Positions 29,283 to 38,757 of a stretch of DNA of 64,000 bases are shown here, piece after piece; position 1 is the stretch's first letter, and the number at the start of each line of letters is the position of its first letter. Source of the DNA: an uncultured Verrucomicrobiae bacterium (GTDB lineage: Bacteria > Verrucomicrobiota > Verrucomicrobiia > Limisphaerales > Palsa-1400). The notes under the pieces were generated by a model that searched no databases, was not told where the DNA came from, and saw only the letters and a program-made list of their open reading frames with translations. The stretch spans positions 2,720,001-2,784,000 of the forward strand of contig OY969763.1 in NCBI GenBank assembly GCA_963702845.1. Direction: 5' to 3'. Both the position numbers and the translations under genes were made by a program.

Positions 29283-32030
29283 GTGATTCTGACGGCGTTC
29301 TATTTCGTCGGTGGAATGCTAGGCAAAGCCGCCTCTTTCATGTCCGGCGACGTCGCCCTCGTCTGGCCTCCCGCCGGCATCGCGCTGGCCGCCATTCTTC
29401 TCTTTGGTTTTCGTTTTTGGCCGGGCGTCGCGATCGGCGCGATTGTTTTTTCTCTGCTCACCGGCAAGCCGTTCGGTTTCTTCACCTCTGCCACTGCCAT
29501 TGGCAATACCGTCGGCGCTATCACTTGCGCCTATTTGTTGAAGCACTTCGTGCGCATGGACAATTCACTCCAACGCGCGCGCGACGTGGCCGCGTTTATC
29601 GTCCTCGGTTGCGGCATCGGCACAACAATCAATGCGGCGTTCAACGTCGTTGGACTCTGTTACGGCGGGCAATTGCCATGGAGCGATTTGTTCAAGAACG
29701 TCATTTATTGGTGGATACCTAACGCTCTCGGCACGATGGTAGTCGCGCCGCTCATTCTGAGCTGGGGCACGCCCGCGAGTATCACCTGGAACCGGCGTTT
29801 GGTAACCGAGGCTGTGCTGTGCACGATTGGCCTTGCGATGGCGACTTACGTATCGTTCAACTCGTGGCTCGTTTACGGCGTGAAGAATTATCCGATGGCT
29901 TTCCTGCCCTACCCATTCCTGGTCTGGGGCGCGATTCGGTTCGGTCAACGCGGAGCCACGACCGGCACCGCGCTGGTCACATCGATGGCCGTTTACCAAT
30001 TGCTCCACCACGCCGGTCCGTTCTTCGCCGGAAATGAGACCACCGGTTTGCTTTTGCTCGGGTGCTACATTGCTGTGCTTTCGGCAACGAATCTGTTACT
30101 GGCCGGAACTTCCATGGAACACGAAGAAGCCCTGCGCCTTACCGCCGCCGGAGAACGTCGTTACCGGGCCGTTGTGGAAGATCAATCCGACCTCATTTGT
30201 CGCTTCAAGCCCGACGGCACGCTCACGTTTGTGAACGAAGCGTTCTGCCGCTTTCGCAACAAAAGCGCAGATGTGTTGATTGGGACCAATTATTTCGATG
30301 AACTCCAGGTGATTGATCGCGACATTCCTTTGGCGGTTTTTCGCTCGCTGACGTCCGAAAACCCGTCCGTCGCTTTCGATGATCGCGTCATCGCGAACGG
30401 CAGAACGATCTGGCAACAATGCACGGTTCGCGCACTGTTCAACCGCCAAGGCGAAATCACCGAGTTTCAGACGATCATCCAGGACATCACACGGCGCAAG
30501 GAATCGGAAGAAGCCACGCGCGTGAGCGAGGAACGCCTGCGCACCGTGCTGAACGCCTCGCCCAATGGCATCATCGTTGCCGATCCAACGCGGCTTATTA
30601 CAACGTTTAATCCAGCCGCCGCAAAAATCTTCGGCCGCAAAGCCACCGACGTTTTGAGCCAGCCACTGCACACCTTGTTCGCAGGTCCCGATGCAGCGCT
30701 GTTTCAGGAGCATCTCGCGCACAACCTCCACGACCGGGAACCAAGATTTGTTGAGTTGACAATGATCACGGCCGAGCGCGGCCCCGTGCCCGTCGACGTT
30801 GCCGCCATTGAAACGTTTGTCGGCACGCAGGCAATGCTCGTCGTCATGGTGCGCGATCTCAGTGAGCGCAAGAAACTCGAGGACCAGATTCGGCAATCGC
30901 AGAAAATGGAAGCGATCGGTCGTTTGGCAGGTGGCATTGCCCATGACTTCAATAATTTGACGCAGGCAATCCTTGGCTACAGCAAACTGTTGCACGATCG
31001 CATGGCGGAAAATGATCCGAACCGCGACGCAGTTCAACAGATCCAAAAATCCGTCGATCACGCTACTTCGTTAACGCGCCAACTCCTGTCCTTCAGCCGT
31101 AAACAAGAGCTGAAACCCAGGTTGATTTTCGTGAACGCAATCGTTGCCGACTTGAATAAGTTGCTGCAGCGGCTGCTCGGTGAATCAATTCATCTGACAA
31201 TTTCGCTGTCTGGCGCTCCGCTCTACGTGCGCGCTGATCCTGGACAATTGCAACAGGTGCTGATGAATCTGGCCATCAACGGTCGTGATGCCATGTCGGG
31301 TTCGGGCGAGTTGAAGATTCAAACTGACGCCATTAACGAACGCCAAAGCCGCGCACTCGGTCTATCCAAACCCGACCAATACGTTGTGCTCAGGATCAGC
31401 GATACGGGCTCCGGTATGAGTCCTGAAGTCCAGGCGCGTATCTTCGAACCGTTTTTCACGACGAAGGAAACTGACAAAGGCACCGGACTTGGCCTGTCGA
31501 TTGTCTATAGCATCGTGCAACAATCCGGCGGCGAGATCATGGTCAGCAGCGAGGTCGGTAAAGGCACCACCTTCAGCATCTTTCTGCCGCGCGTCACCGG
31601 AGAAGTGATTCCTGAAGAAAAAACACCTCCACCAATCGCGACGTTGGGCACTGAAACGATTTTGCTCGTTGAAGACGAAGAACTCGTCCGCACCATGCTG
31701 GAAGAAGTATTAAAATCAAAAGGCTACAACATCCTTTGCGCCGGAGACGGCATGCAGGCGCTCTCCATCAGTAACGCGTATATGAACGAAATCCATCTTC
31801 TTGTCACCGATGTTACCCTGCCCGTCCTCACCGGTTGGGAGCTTGCCGATCGCTTTTCGAAAACGCGCGGGAGCGTCCCGGTTCTATATATGTCCGGTTA
31901 CACTGGCGAAGAAATCGCTCAGTGCGCCGCCATCACGCGTGGCGCGGAATTTCTCCAAAAACCTTTCCAGCCGGAAGCGCTGCTGGTAAAAGCACGTCAG
32001 ATTTTGGATCGCAAAAAAGCGAGTTCGTGA
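29283..32030 (+). CDS. MASE1-PAS-PAS hybrid histidine kinase with receiver domain
   Basis: VWPPAGIALA (MASE1), QSQKMEAIGRLAGGIAHDFNN, PFFTTKETDKGTGLGL, ILLVEDE. Start uncertain: the frame is open from 29016, and the first in-frame GTG after the terminator is at 29283. Confidence 0.9.
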   Translation: MILTAFYFVGGMLGKAASFMSGDVALVWPPAGIALAAILLFGFRFWPGVAIGAIVFSLLTGKPFGFFTSATAIGNTVGAITCAYLLKHFVRMDNSLQRARDVAAFIVLGCGIGTTINAAFNVVGLCYGGQLPWSDLFKNVIYWWIPNALGTMVVAPLILSWGTPASITWNRRLVTEAVLCTIGLAMATYVSFNSWLVYGVKNYPMAFLPYPFLVWGAIRFGQRGATTGTALVTSMAVYQLLHHAGPFFAGNETTGLLLLGCYIAVLSATNLLLAGTSMEHEEALRLTAAGERRYRAVVEDQSDLICRFKPDGTLTFVNEAFCRFRNKSADVLIGTNYFDELQVIDRDIPLAVFRSLTSENPSVAFDDRVIANGRTIWQQCTVRALFNRQGEITEFQTIIQDITRRKESEEATRVSEERLRTVLNASPNGIIVADPTRLITTFNPAAAKIFGRKATDVLSQPLHTLFAGPDAALFQEHLAHNLHDREPRFVELTMITAERGPVPVDVAAIETFVGTQAMLVVMVRDLSERKKLEDQIRQSQKMEAIGRLAGGIAHDFNNLTQAILGYSKLLHDRMAENDPNRDAVQQIQKSVDHATSLTRQLLSFSRKQELKPRLIFVNAIVADLNKLLQRLLGESIHLTISLSGAPLYVRADPGQLQQVLMNLAINGRDAMSGSGELKIQTDAINERQSRALGLSKPDQYVVLRISDTGSGMSPEVQARIFEPFFTTKETDKGTGLGLSIVYSIVQQSGGEIMVSSEVGKGTTFSIFLPRVTGEVIPEEKTPPPIATLGTETILLVEDEELVRTMLEEVLKSKGYNILCAGDGMQALSISNAYMNEIHLLVTDVTLPVLTGWELADRFSKTRGSVPVLYMSGYTGEEIAQCAAITRGAEFLQKPFQPEALLVKARQILDRKKASS

Positions 32031-32767
32031 CCGTGCAACGTCTTAAAAATAAAACTGCCATCGTTACCGGCGCTGCCCACGGCATCGGCTGCGCCATTGC
32101 CGAGGCTTTCTCCAAAGAAGGCGCGTCAGTGTTCGTCCTCGATCTCGACAAAAAAGCAGGACTGGCAACCGCAAAAAAAATTGGCGCGGCGTTTGTTCCT
32201 TGCGACGTGTCATCCGCCGCTGCGGTGACGCGTGCCATTAAAGCCGCGACAAATAAGACCGGACGTGTTGACGTGCTCTGCAATAACGCAGCTTACATCG
32301 GCCAGTGGCACAACGCCTGCGAATCGTCCGACCAAGAATGGGATAAGTGTTACCGCGTTTCCTTGATGGGCACCGAATATTGCACCCGAGAAGTCTTGCC
32401 GTTGATGGTCAAACAAAAATCCGGTTCCATCATCAACATCAGTTCAATTCAAGGGCTGGTCGGTGGCCGCAATTCTGCCGCCTACACCACCATTAAGCAC
32501 GCGCTCATCGGGTTCACTCGCAGCGTCGCTTACGATTACGGCACGCAAAACATCCGTTGCAACGCAATTTGTCCGGGGGCGATTCGCACGCGGATTTCGC
32601 CGCCTCCCGGGTCCGAATTGCATCAGCGCCAAATCAGCAAAACATTCCTCGGTCGCGTCGGCGAACCGCGCGAGGTCGGGTCCGCGGCGGTTTTTCTCGC
32701 GTCCGACGAAGCATCCTACGTCACGGGCGCAGTGCTCGCCGTCGATGGCGGCTGGACGGCAATGTAG
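32027..32767 (+). CDS. SDR family oxidoreductase
   Basis: VTGAAHGIG, NNAA, YTTIK, NAICPG, VDGG. GTGA overlap with the kinase stop codon. Confidence 0.92.
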   Translation: MTVQRLKNKTAIVTGAAHGIGCAIAEAFSKEGASVFVLDLDKKAGLATAKKIGAAFVPCDVSSAAAVTRAIKAATNKTGRVDVLCNNAAYIGQWHNACESSDQEWDKCYRVSLMGTEYCTREVLPLMVKQKSGSIINISSIQGLVGGRNSAAYTTIKHALIGFTRSVAYDYGTQNIRCNAICPGAIRTRISPPPGSELHQRQISKTFLGRVGEPREVGSAAVFLASDEASYVTGAVLAVDGGWTAM

Positions 32768-33455
32768 CTGTGGACCTCTATCACCAGGTCACGGAGTTCA
32801 CGCTTCAGTGGATCGACAAACGTCACGGCTCAGCCGCTGACTTTTCTGACCGACATCGAACGCGACATCGGCTGGGCCGCTCGGATGATTGTTTCGGGAC
32901 CGCCCGAGTCGTTACGCAACGACTCAACACATCACCAACGAACAACACAAGTTTCTCGTCTACACTTTGAACGAACAAGCCATTCGTCTGTCGCCGGGTG
33001 GGTTTGAAAACACAATCGGTCGATTACGTTTCCGGGTTTCTCGAAGATAGTTCCGAATTTGAGAATATTAGCGTGGATCTCATTTCGCGTGTTGCAGGGC
33101 GAATCGAAGATATGGGGCATCGGCTGCTTCCACCGCGCTAGGGAGAGTGTGGGTCGCGTCTTCGCGTAAGATGGCACAGGCCATGCTTGACTCATTGCTG
33201 TTCTTGCCACGTTTTCGGCTCATGGCCGATGAACCAACGTGGACGAGCACGCGAAGAAATGAAAATATCAACAAATCGAGTCTCTGAGTTAACCTGCCGC
33301 TGGGGCAAACCCTGCACATGGTTCGTGAAACCGAAAATGATCACCTCATTGCCAGCGAACGTAGAGCCAATGTCGCAAGCGGATGCCCATCAGTTGCGCA
33401 AAGCGCATCACTCTGCTGCCTTGCGCGCTGTGTTAGCAGCTGCGGCGTGAACGAA

Positions 33456-34679
33456 TCATTTCGGGTCTCCTGATGCAACCGAGATGAAGCCTTCACCTTG
33501 CAGGCGGTTGTGCAGTTCCGTGACGTGGTCCTGATCACGCGTTTCAACGATGCACTCGACGTTCACCGTCGTGATGTCCTCCCCCGCAAACGCACGATCG
33601 TGCGTGATTTCCAAAATGCTCGCGCCGGTATCGGCAACAATTCGCGCCAGTGCCGCAAGCCCGCCGGGTCGGTCGCTGATCGTGGCAGTAAACCGATAGA
33701 GTCGCCCATCTGAAACTAATCCGCGCTCAAGCACTCGTCCGAGAATCGGCGTGTCAATATTGCCACCGGTTAGTGGCAGAACGACATTCTTCCCTTTAAT
33801 TTCCGGCAACGCGCCGCAAAGACACGCGGCCAATGTTGACGCTCCTGCGCCTTCGACGACGGATTTTTCAAGTTCCACGAGTCGCAAAATGGCCAACGAA
33901 ATGTGCCGCTCATGGACAATGACCGTTTTGTCCACGAAATCGCGAGCAATGGCGAAGGCGTTTTTGCCGACCTGGGACACAGCGAGACCATCGGCCAATG
34001 TTGGCCGAACTTTCACGGCAACGGGTTTGCCGGCCTCGACCGCCGCAGTAAAGCTGGCGGCGCGTTTAGGTTCGATGCCGATGATTTTCGCGTTCGGTTT
34101 AAGCGTCCGCATGGCGAGAGCGACGCCGGCGATAAGTCCGGCTCCGCCGATCGGAACGAGAACGAAATCGACATCCGGAACTTGCGCGGCGATTTCAAGG
34201 CCGAGTGTTCCCTGCCCTGCAATGATGTCCAAATCGTCGTAGCCGTTGATGTAGGTGAGTTGCTGCTCGGATCCGAGTTGATCGGCTTTGACGCGGGCTT
34301 CGTCAAGATCGGCGCCACTCAGGATTACCTTTGCACCGAGTTTGCGGCAATTGCTCACTTTAGTAAGCGGCGCGAAAGTTGGCATCACCACGGTTGCAGG
34401 GATACTGAGTCGTTGCGCGTGATACGCCAGAGCTAGGGCATGATTGCCAGCGGAGGCGGCGATGACTCCGTGCGTTTTCTTCTCGGAGGAAAGGAGTGTC
34501 AGGGCATTGGCGGCGCCGCGCTCTTTGAAACTTCCGGTGCGCTGGAGGTATTCGAGTTTGCAATAAATCCTGGCGCCGGTGGCTTCGGATAATGGAATGG
34601 AAAGAGGACAGGGAGTTTGGACGACGTACCCTGCGATTCGTTCGGCCGCTTGTTGGATGTCGGCGAAACTTAGCGACAT
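33456..34679 (-). CDS. ilvA: Threonine ammonia-lyase with C-terminal ACT domain
   Basis: LQRTGSFKERGA (PLP Lys), ASAGNHA, IGGAGL, TGGNID, DRPGGL. Confidence 0.9.
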   Translation of the reverse strand: MSLSFADIQQAAERIAGYVVQTPCPLSIPLSEATGARIYCKLEYLQRTGSFKERGAANALTLLSSEKKTHGVIAASAGNHALALAYHAQRLSIPATVVMPTFAPLTKVSNCRKLGAKVILSGADLDEARVKADQLGSEQQLTYINGYDDLDIIAGQGTLGLEIAAQVPDVDFVLVPIGGAGLIAGVALAMRTLKPNAKIIGIEPKRAASFTAAVEAGKPVAVKVRPTLADGLAVSQVGKNAFAIARDFVDKTVIVHERHISLAILRLVELEKSVVEGAGASTLAACLCGALPEIKGKNVVLPLTGGNIDTPILGRVLERGLVSDGRLYRFTATISDRPGGLAALARIVADTGASILEITHDRAFAGEDITTVNVECIVETRDQDHVTELHNRLQGEGFISVASGDPK

Positions 34680-34682
34680 GAA

Positions 34683-35504
34683 TCAGTTATCCTTGATTTC
34701 GATGTTGCGATACATCACTTCTGCGCCTTCTTGCTGGAAAAGAATTTTGCCCTGGGTCAAAGGAACCCACTTGCCATTCACGAAGTGTTCGAGATGAGTG
34801 AACCCGTTGTTCAATTTGCCATTGATCAAATATTTCGCGCTGTCACCGCGAACGATCATATCGACAGTGTTCCAACCGTCCTTTTCAAAATCACCCTCGG
34901 CATGATGCACTCGAGCAATGCCTGTAGACACACCTTGTGTGTACGGCACTCCGTCCTTTTTGAAATACGGCTTCGAACTGCTATTGGTTTTCACAACGTG
35001 CGTGGTTCGGTTTGTGACCACCACGTCCGGAAAGGAATTCGTCGTCGCCGGATCCACAGTGGTTTTCATACGGACATAGACCGTAAAAATATCGCCCACA
35101 TCCCCTTCCTGCACCTGGCACTCAATGCTCTTGGGCCAAACGCCGTCCGAACCGATACAATGAAAGAGCACCCCGGCATCACGCTTCGCGTCTACTTTTC
35201 CATCAAATTTTTTCTTACCCCACTTGTATTGGAAGCGCAGATGGTAATTCGAATATTCTTTTTCGGTAATCATGTAGCCGAACTTTTGGCTGCTCCGGTC
35301 CTCGCAATCCTTGTACATGTGCACCATTCCGTCGTGAATGGTGAAGAGATGGTTGGTGTCGTTTTCAAGACGTTTTTGCCCGCTGACAAGATACCAGCCC
35401 GTGAAGTCCGTGCCATTAAAGAGCGGCTTGAAGCCATCGTCGGCTGCGCGGCTTAACAAACAAACGGTGGCAAACGAGATTACGAAAAGGAAACGGGCTT
35501 TCAT
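34683..35504 (-). CDS. DUF1080 secreted 3-keto-disaccharide hydrolase-like protein
   Basis: Signal peptide, LFNGTDFTGW, RDAGVLFH, IECQVQ, FQQEGAEVMYRNIEIK. Confidence 0.88.
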   Translation of the reverse strand: MKARFLFVISFATVCLLSRAADDGFKPLFNGTDFTGWYLVSGQKRLENDTNHLFTIHDGMVHMYKDCEDRSSQKFGYMITEKEYSNYHLRFQYKWGKKKFDGKVDAKRDAGVLFHCIGSDGVWPKSIECQVQEGDVGDIFTVYVRMKTTVDPATTNSFPDVVVTNRTTHVVKTNSSSKPYFKKDGVPYTQGVSTGIARVHHAEGDFEKDGWNTVDMIVRGDSAKYLINGKLNNGFTHLEHFVNGKWVPLTQGKILFQQEGAEVMYRNIEIKDN

Positions 35505-35540
35505 GGAATGCAAAAGTTTTACCGCAATGCGCAACCTGCG

Positions 35541-35960
35541 TCAAACGCTGGTCACCTCTTTGACCGGCGCGCTGTTCAGACGCGCGCCGCAATTGGAACA
35601 AAAATTCGCGGTGGCGAGCGATTTAGTTCCGCATCCCGAGCACGCGCGTAGTTCGCGAACATGCCGATAGTGAATGATCAAATTGCGGATGTACGGAATC
35701 CACGTGAAGAGGTAGGCAAAGATAAAAACCGAGTCATGCCGCGTCAGCGCGTAGGCGAGGATGATGAGCGATCCGGTCAGGCTCAACCACCAGAATGAAA
35801 CCGGGATGACGACCTGGCGCTTCTTTTCGGTCGCATACCACTGAACGAAGAAGCGGGTGAAGAAAATGAAGTTGCCCAGCCAGCCAATGACTTTCCACAA
35901 GCTCCATTCAATGCCGAGAAACTTTCCGTCGTGCCAGATGAGGTGAGTCAATTGTTCCAT
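35541..35960 (-). CDS. Lipid-A-biosynthesis N-terminal (LAB_N) domain protein with zinc ribbon
   Basis: IGWLGNFIFFTRFFVQWYATEKK...PVSFWWLSLTG, C-terminal CSGC...CSNCG. Confidence 0.82.
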   Translation of the reverse strand: MEQLTHLIWHDGKFLGIEWSLWKVIGWLGNFIFFTRFFVQWYATEKKRQVVIPVSFWWLSLTGSLIILAYALTRHDSVFIFAYLFTWIPYIRNLIIHYRHVRELRACSGCGTKSLATANFCSNCGARLNSAPVKEVTSV

Positions 35961-35963
35961 GGG

Positions 35964-37043
35964 CTATTCCGCGAGCATCTTTTCGACTTTGCCTTTGAGA
36001 TCCTGCCGGGCGTTGATGTCGCGGAGATTGCCTTTTTTATCGATCAGCCACATGGCAGGGATGCTCTCGATACCGAACCGGGTCGAAATTTCGTTCTGCC
36101 ATTGTTTGCCGTCGAAGTACTGCGGCCAATCCATTTTTTTGTCAGCCACGTAGTTCGTCAGCTTGGATTTGTCTTTGTCGAGACTGATGCCGACAATTTC
36201 GAAACCTTTGGGATGCAGTTCAGCATAAGCTTCCTTCACGTGCGGAATTTCAGCGACGCACGGTCCGCACCACGTGGCCCAGAAATCGATCAGCACGACT
36301 TTGCCTTTCATGTTCGAAACATCAACATCGCGGCCATCGACGGCTTTGAACTTGATGTCGACGGGTTTGCCGACGCGATCCATTTTTTCCAACGATTCTT
36401 TCGCAGATCCTTTCGCGGCTTCGGGCGCTACGGAACTGTTGGCCACTTCGGCAAGCAATTGTTTGGCCTTGTCTGGCTCACTTAATCTGGCGAGTTCGAC
36501 GAGCAATTTATACGGTTCACCACTTTTTGGAAATTCCTTCATTACTTCGTGAACCCCATTTTCGAGTTCAGTGTTGAATGCGGTCGTGCCGGCCTCGCCC
36601 TTTTTCTGTGCAGTGCGTACGATTTCGGAGATGCGGACTGTCACACGTTCATCTTCGGATGCGTTAGGGTCGGTGAGTTGAGATTTTTCCAATTTCTCCA
36701 ATCGCGGAAGAGCATTGGTTGCTCCCATGCGTTCGGCCATATTCAACGCGCGCATTTCGAAAAACTTGGCCTGGCTGGCGCGCTTGTCCTGCGGGTATTT
36801 GGTATAGAAATCGTGCGCGAGGTCAGCGGCTTTGAGAAATGCCGGCGCGGCAAAAGCTTTTTGTTCAGCCTCAGTCGGTTGCTTAGTTTGCCATTCCTTC
36901 GGAGGTGTTGGGCGCATGGCTGCCTGCACATCGGCCCAGGCCTTGTCGGCTGCGGGGTCAGCGGCGGGCGCGTCGGCGAATAGATTTACTGTCAGCAAAA
37001 GCATCAGTGCCAAAACCCATCGGCTCAATCGATTCATTGTCAT
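35964..37043 (-). CDS. Secreted TlpA-family disulfide reductase
   Basis: Signal peptide, GKVVLIDFWATWCGPC, GISLD, IPAMWLID. Confidence 0.9.
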   Translation of the reverse strand: MTMNRLSRWVLALMLLLTVNLFADAPAADPAADKAWADVQAAMRPTPPKEWQTKQPTEAEQKAFAAPAFLKAADLAHDFYTKYPQDKRASQAKFFEMRALNMAERMGATNALPRLEKLEKSQLTDPNASEDERVTVRISEIVRTAQKKGEAGTTAFNTELENGVHEVMKEFPKSGEPYKLLVELARLSEPDKAKQLLAEVANSSVAPEAAKGSAKESLEKMDRVGKPVDIKFKAVDGRDVDVSNMKGKVVLIDFWATWCGPCVAEIPHVKEAYAELHPKGFEIVGISLDKDKSKLTNYVADKKMDWPQYFDGKQWQNEISTRFGIESIPAMWLIDKKGNLRDINARQDLKGKVEKMLAE

Positions 37044-37093
37044 ATTGTAAGGGTGTACTGGTTAGGAAAGATGTTCAAAGTTTATTCGCCATG

Positions 37094-37303
37094 CTAACCG
37101 CCTGCAACGATCTTCACGATTTCCAGCTTATCGCCAGCGCGAAGTTCGCGTTGCGAAAACTGCGACGGCGCAATCGCTTCGCCGTTGTGTTCGACGACTA
37201 CACTGCGCGGGAGCAGGCCTTGAGTGACAAGGAATTGTTCGAGCGTGCATGGAAGTGATGTTGGCACTTCCAATCCGTTTGCGATGACGATGTTGTCGCT
37301 CAT
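37094..37303 (-). CDS. thiS: Sulfur carrier protein ThiS
   Basis: VVVEHNGE...GDKLEIVKIVAGG with C-terminal GG. ATGA overlap with thiH. Confidence 0.92.
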   Translation of the reverse strand: MSDNIVIANGLEVPTSLPCTLEQFLVTQGLLPRSVVVEHNGEAIAPSQFSQRELRAGDKLEIVKIVAGG

Positions 37304-38490
37304 GCGGTGAGTGCGGCGTCCCAATCTTTCCAAACCGGTTCGTAACCGAGTCGCTGCAACAATGCGGCCATTTCGGCTGCGGAACGTTCGTCGGCGATCT
37401 CGAATTGACCGGTCGCAGGCGTTGCACCCTGCCCGGCCCATTCGCTGGAACCTGCTTCGACGATTCGGCCGCGCACGGTTTGGTGAATGTTTTCTTTGCC
37501 AGCGCCGGTGTATCCGCCGGGTTCGGTGTGACTGCCGGCGCTAATCATGGTGATGCCGAGCGGGATCAGGCCGTCGCGAAGTTTTGCAGGTTCGCGCGTC
37601 GAGAGAACGAGGCCGACGTCGGGCAAAAACAGGCGAAGCGCGCAAACAAGTTGGACGAGTTGCCGGTCGGAAATGTGGCTGAGCGGTTGAAATTCTCCGG
37701 CGCACGGGCGCAAACGAGGCAAGGAAATCGTTAGCTGCGCTTTCCAACATTTCTTCAGGAGATATTCGGCGTGGGCGGCAACACACAAGGCTTCGTAACG
37801 CCAATCGGCCAAGCCATACAATGCGCCGATGCCCAAACGTCGAAAGCCAGCGGCATAGGCGCGTTCGGGAGTTTCGACGCGCCAATCGAAGTTGCGCTTC
37901 GGGCCGGCGGTGTGCATGTCAGCGTAAATTTTTCGATCGTAGGTCTCTTGATAGACCACCAAGCCGTCGGCGCCTGCGGTGACGAGTGGCTCGTATTCGG
38001 CGGTTTCCATCGGGCCGAGTTCGAGCGAGATGCTGGGAATTTGTTCGTGTAACGCCGCGATGCAATCTTTGAGGTAATTGCCGGAAACGAATTTTGGGTG
38101 TTCGCCCGCGACTAACAGAATATTTCGAAAGCCCTGCTCTTGTATCGCGCGCGCTTCGCGGAGGACTTCTTCGACGGAAAGGGTCACACGCAAAATCGCG
38201 TTGTCGCGGGAAAATCCGCAATATTGACAATTGTTGATGCACTCGTTGGAAAGATAGAGCGGGGCGAAGAGGCGGATGACTTTGCCGAAACGTTGACGGG
38301 TCATTGCCTGCGATTTTGAACAGAGCTGTTCAAGTGATTCCTCTGCGGCGGGTGAGATCAGGGTGGCGAAATCGGAAAGGGTGCGCTGTGGCTTAGACAG
38401 AGCGGTGCGGACGTCGGCGACGCTGCAAGTTGCTGACTGTGCTTGCAGCGGTTCGATGGGCAAGGAATTGAATTGGGTGATAAAGGTCAC
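37300..38490 (-). CDS. thiH: 2-iminoacetate synthase (radical SAM)
   Basis: FAPLYLSNECINNCQYCGF, VYQETY, LSTRE, SAGSHTEPGGY, QFEIADER, PVWKDWD. Confidence 0.95.
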   Translation of the reverse strand: MTFITQFNSLPIEPLQAQSATCSVADVRTALSKPQRTLSDFATLISPAAEESLEQLCSKSQAMTRQRFGKVIRLFAPLYLSNECINNCQYCGFSRDNAILRVTLSVEEVLREARAIQEQGFRNILLVAGEHPKFVSGNYLKDCIAALHEQIPSISLELGPMETAEYEPLVTAGADGLVVYQETYDRKIYADMHTAGPKRNFDWRVETPERAYAAGFRRLGIGALYGLADWRYEALCVAAHAEYLLKKCWKAQLTISLPRLRPCAGEFQPLSHISDRQLVQLVCALRLFLPDVGLVLSTREPAKLRDGLIPLGITMISAGSHTEPGGYTGAGKENIHQTVRGRIVEAGSSEWAGQGATPATGQFEIADERSAAEMAALLQRLGYEPVWKDWDAALTA

Positions 38491-38674
38491 GATGGTCTCG
38501 ACTAAAAAACTGTTCGCATAGGTTTACGTTACAAGGTTGGGGGGTTGCGTCAAACTACATCGGGTTGGCGAGCGGGCGGCAACACGGACGCACACGGACT
38601 CGCACCGACGAACACGGATTGAAGCGCGGGGCGTCAGTCCAAGCGAAAATGTTTTCATTGCGTTCATAAAGTTA

Positions 38675-38698
38675 GAGCCTCCTCACGTCGGCTGCTAC
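38675..38698 (-). repeat. REP-like element
   Basis: Minus strand GTAGCAGCCGACGTGAGGAGGCTC. Fourteen nt recur at 41297-41310. Confidence 0.55.
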
Positions 38699-38757
38699 AA
38701 ATGGGTAAAAGCGGCGCGCGCGGAGCCGGAACGTCCGGTTCGCCAACGCGCCCTACA

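Noticed and set aside
32768..33455. Short ORFs between the SDR and ilvA
   Set aside because: No family signal on either strand. A small gene cannot be excluded.
38491..38757. TPP riboswitch upstream of thiH
   Set aside because: No CTGAGA core on the minus strand. Only ACACGGA-type short repeats and a REP are present.
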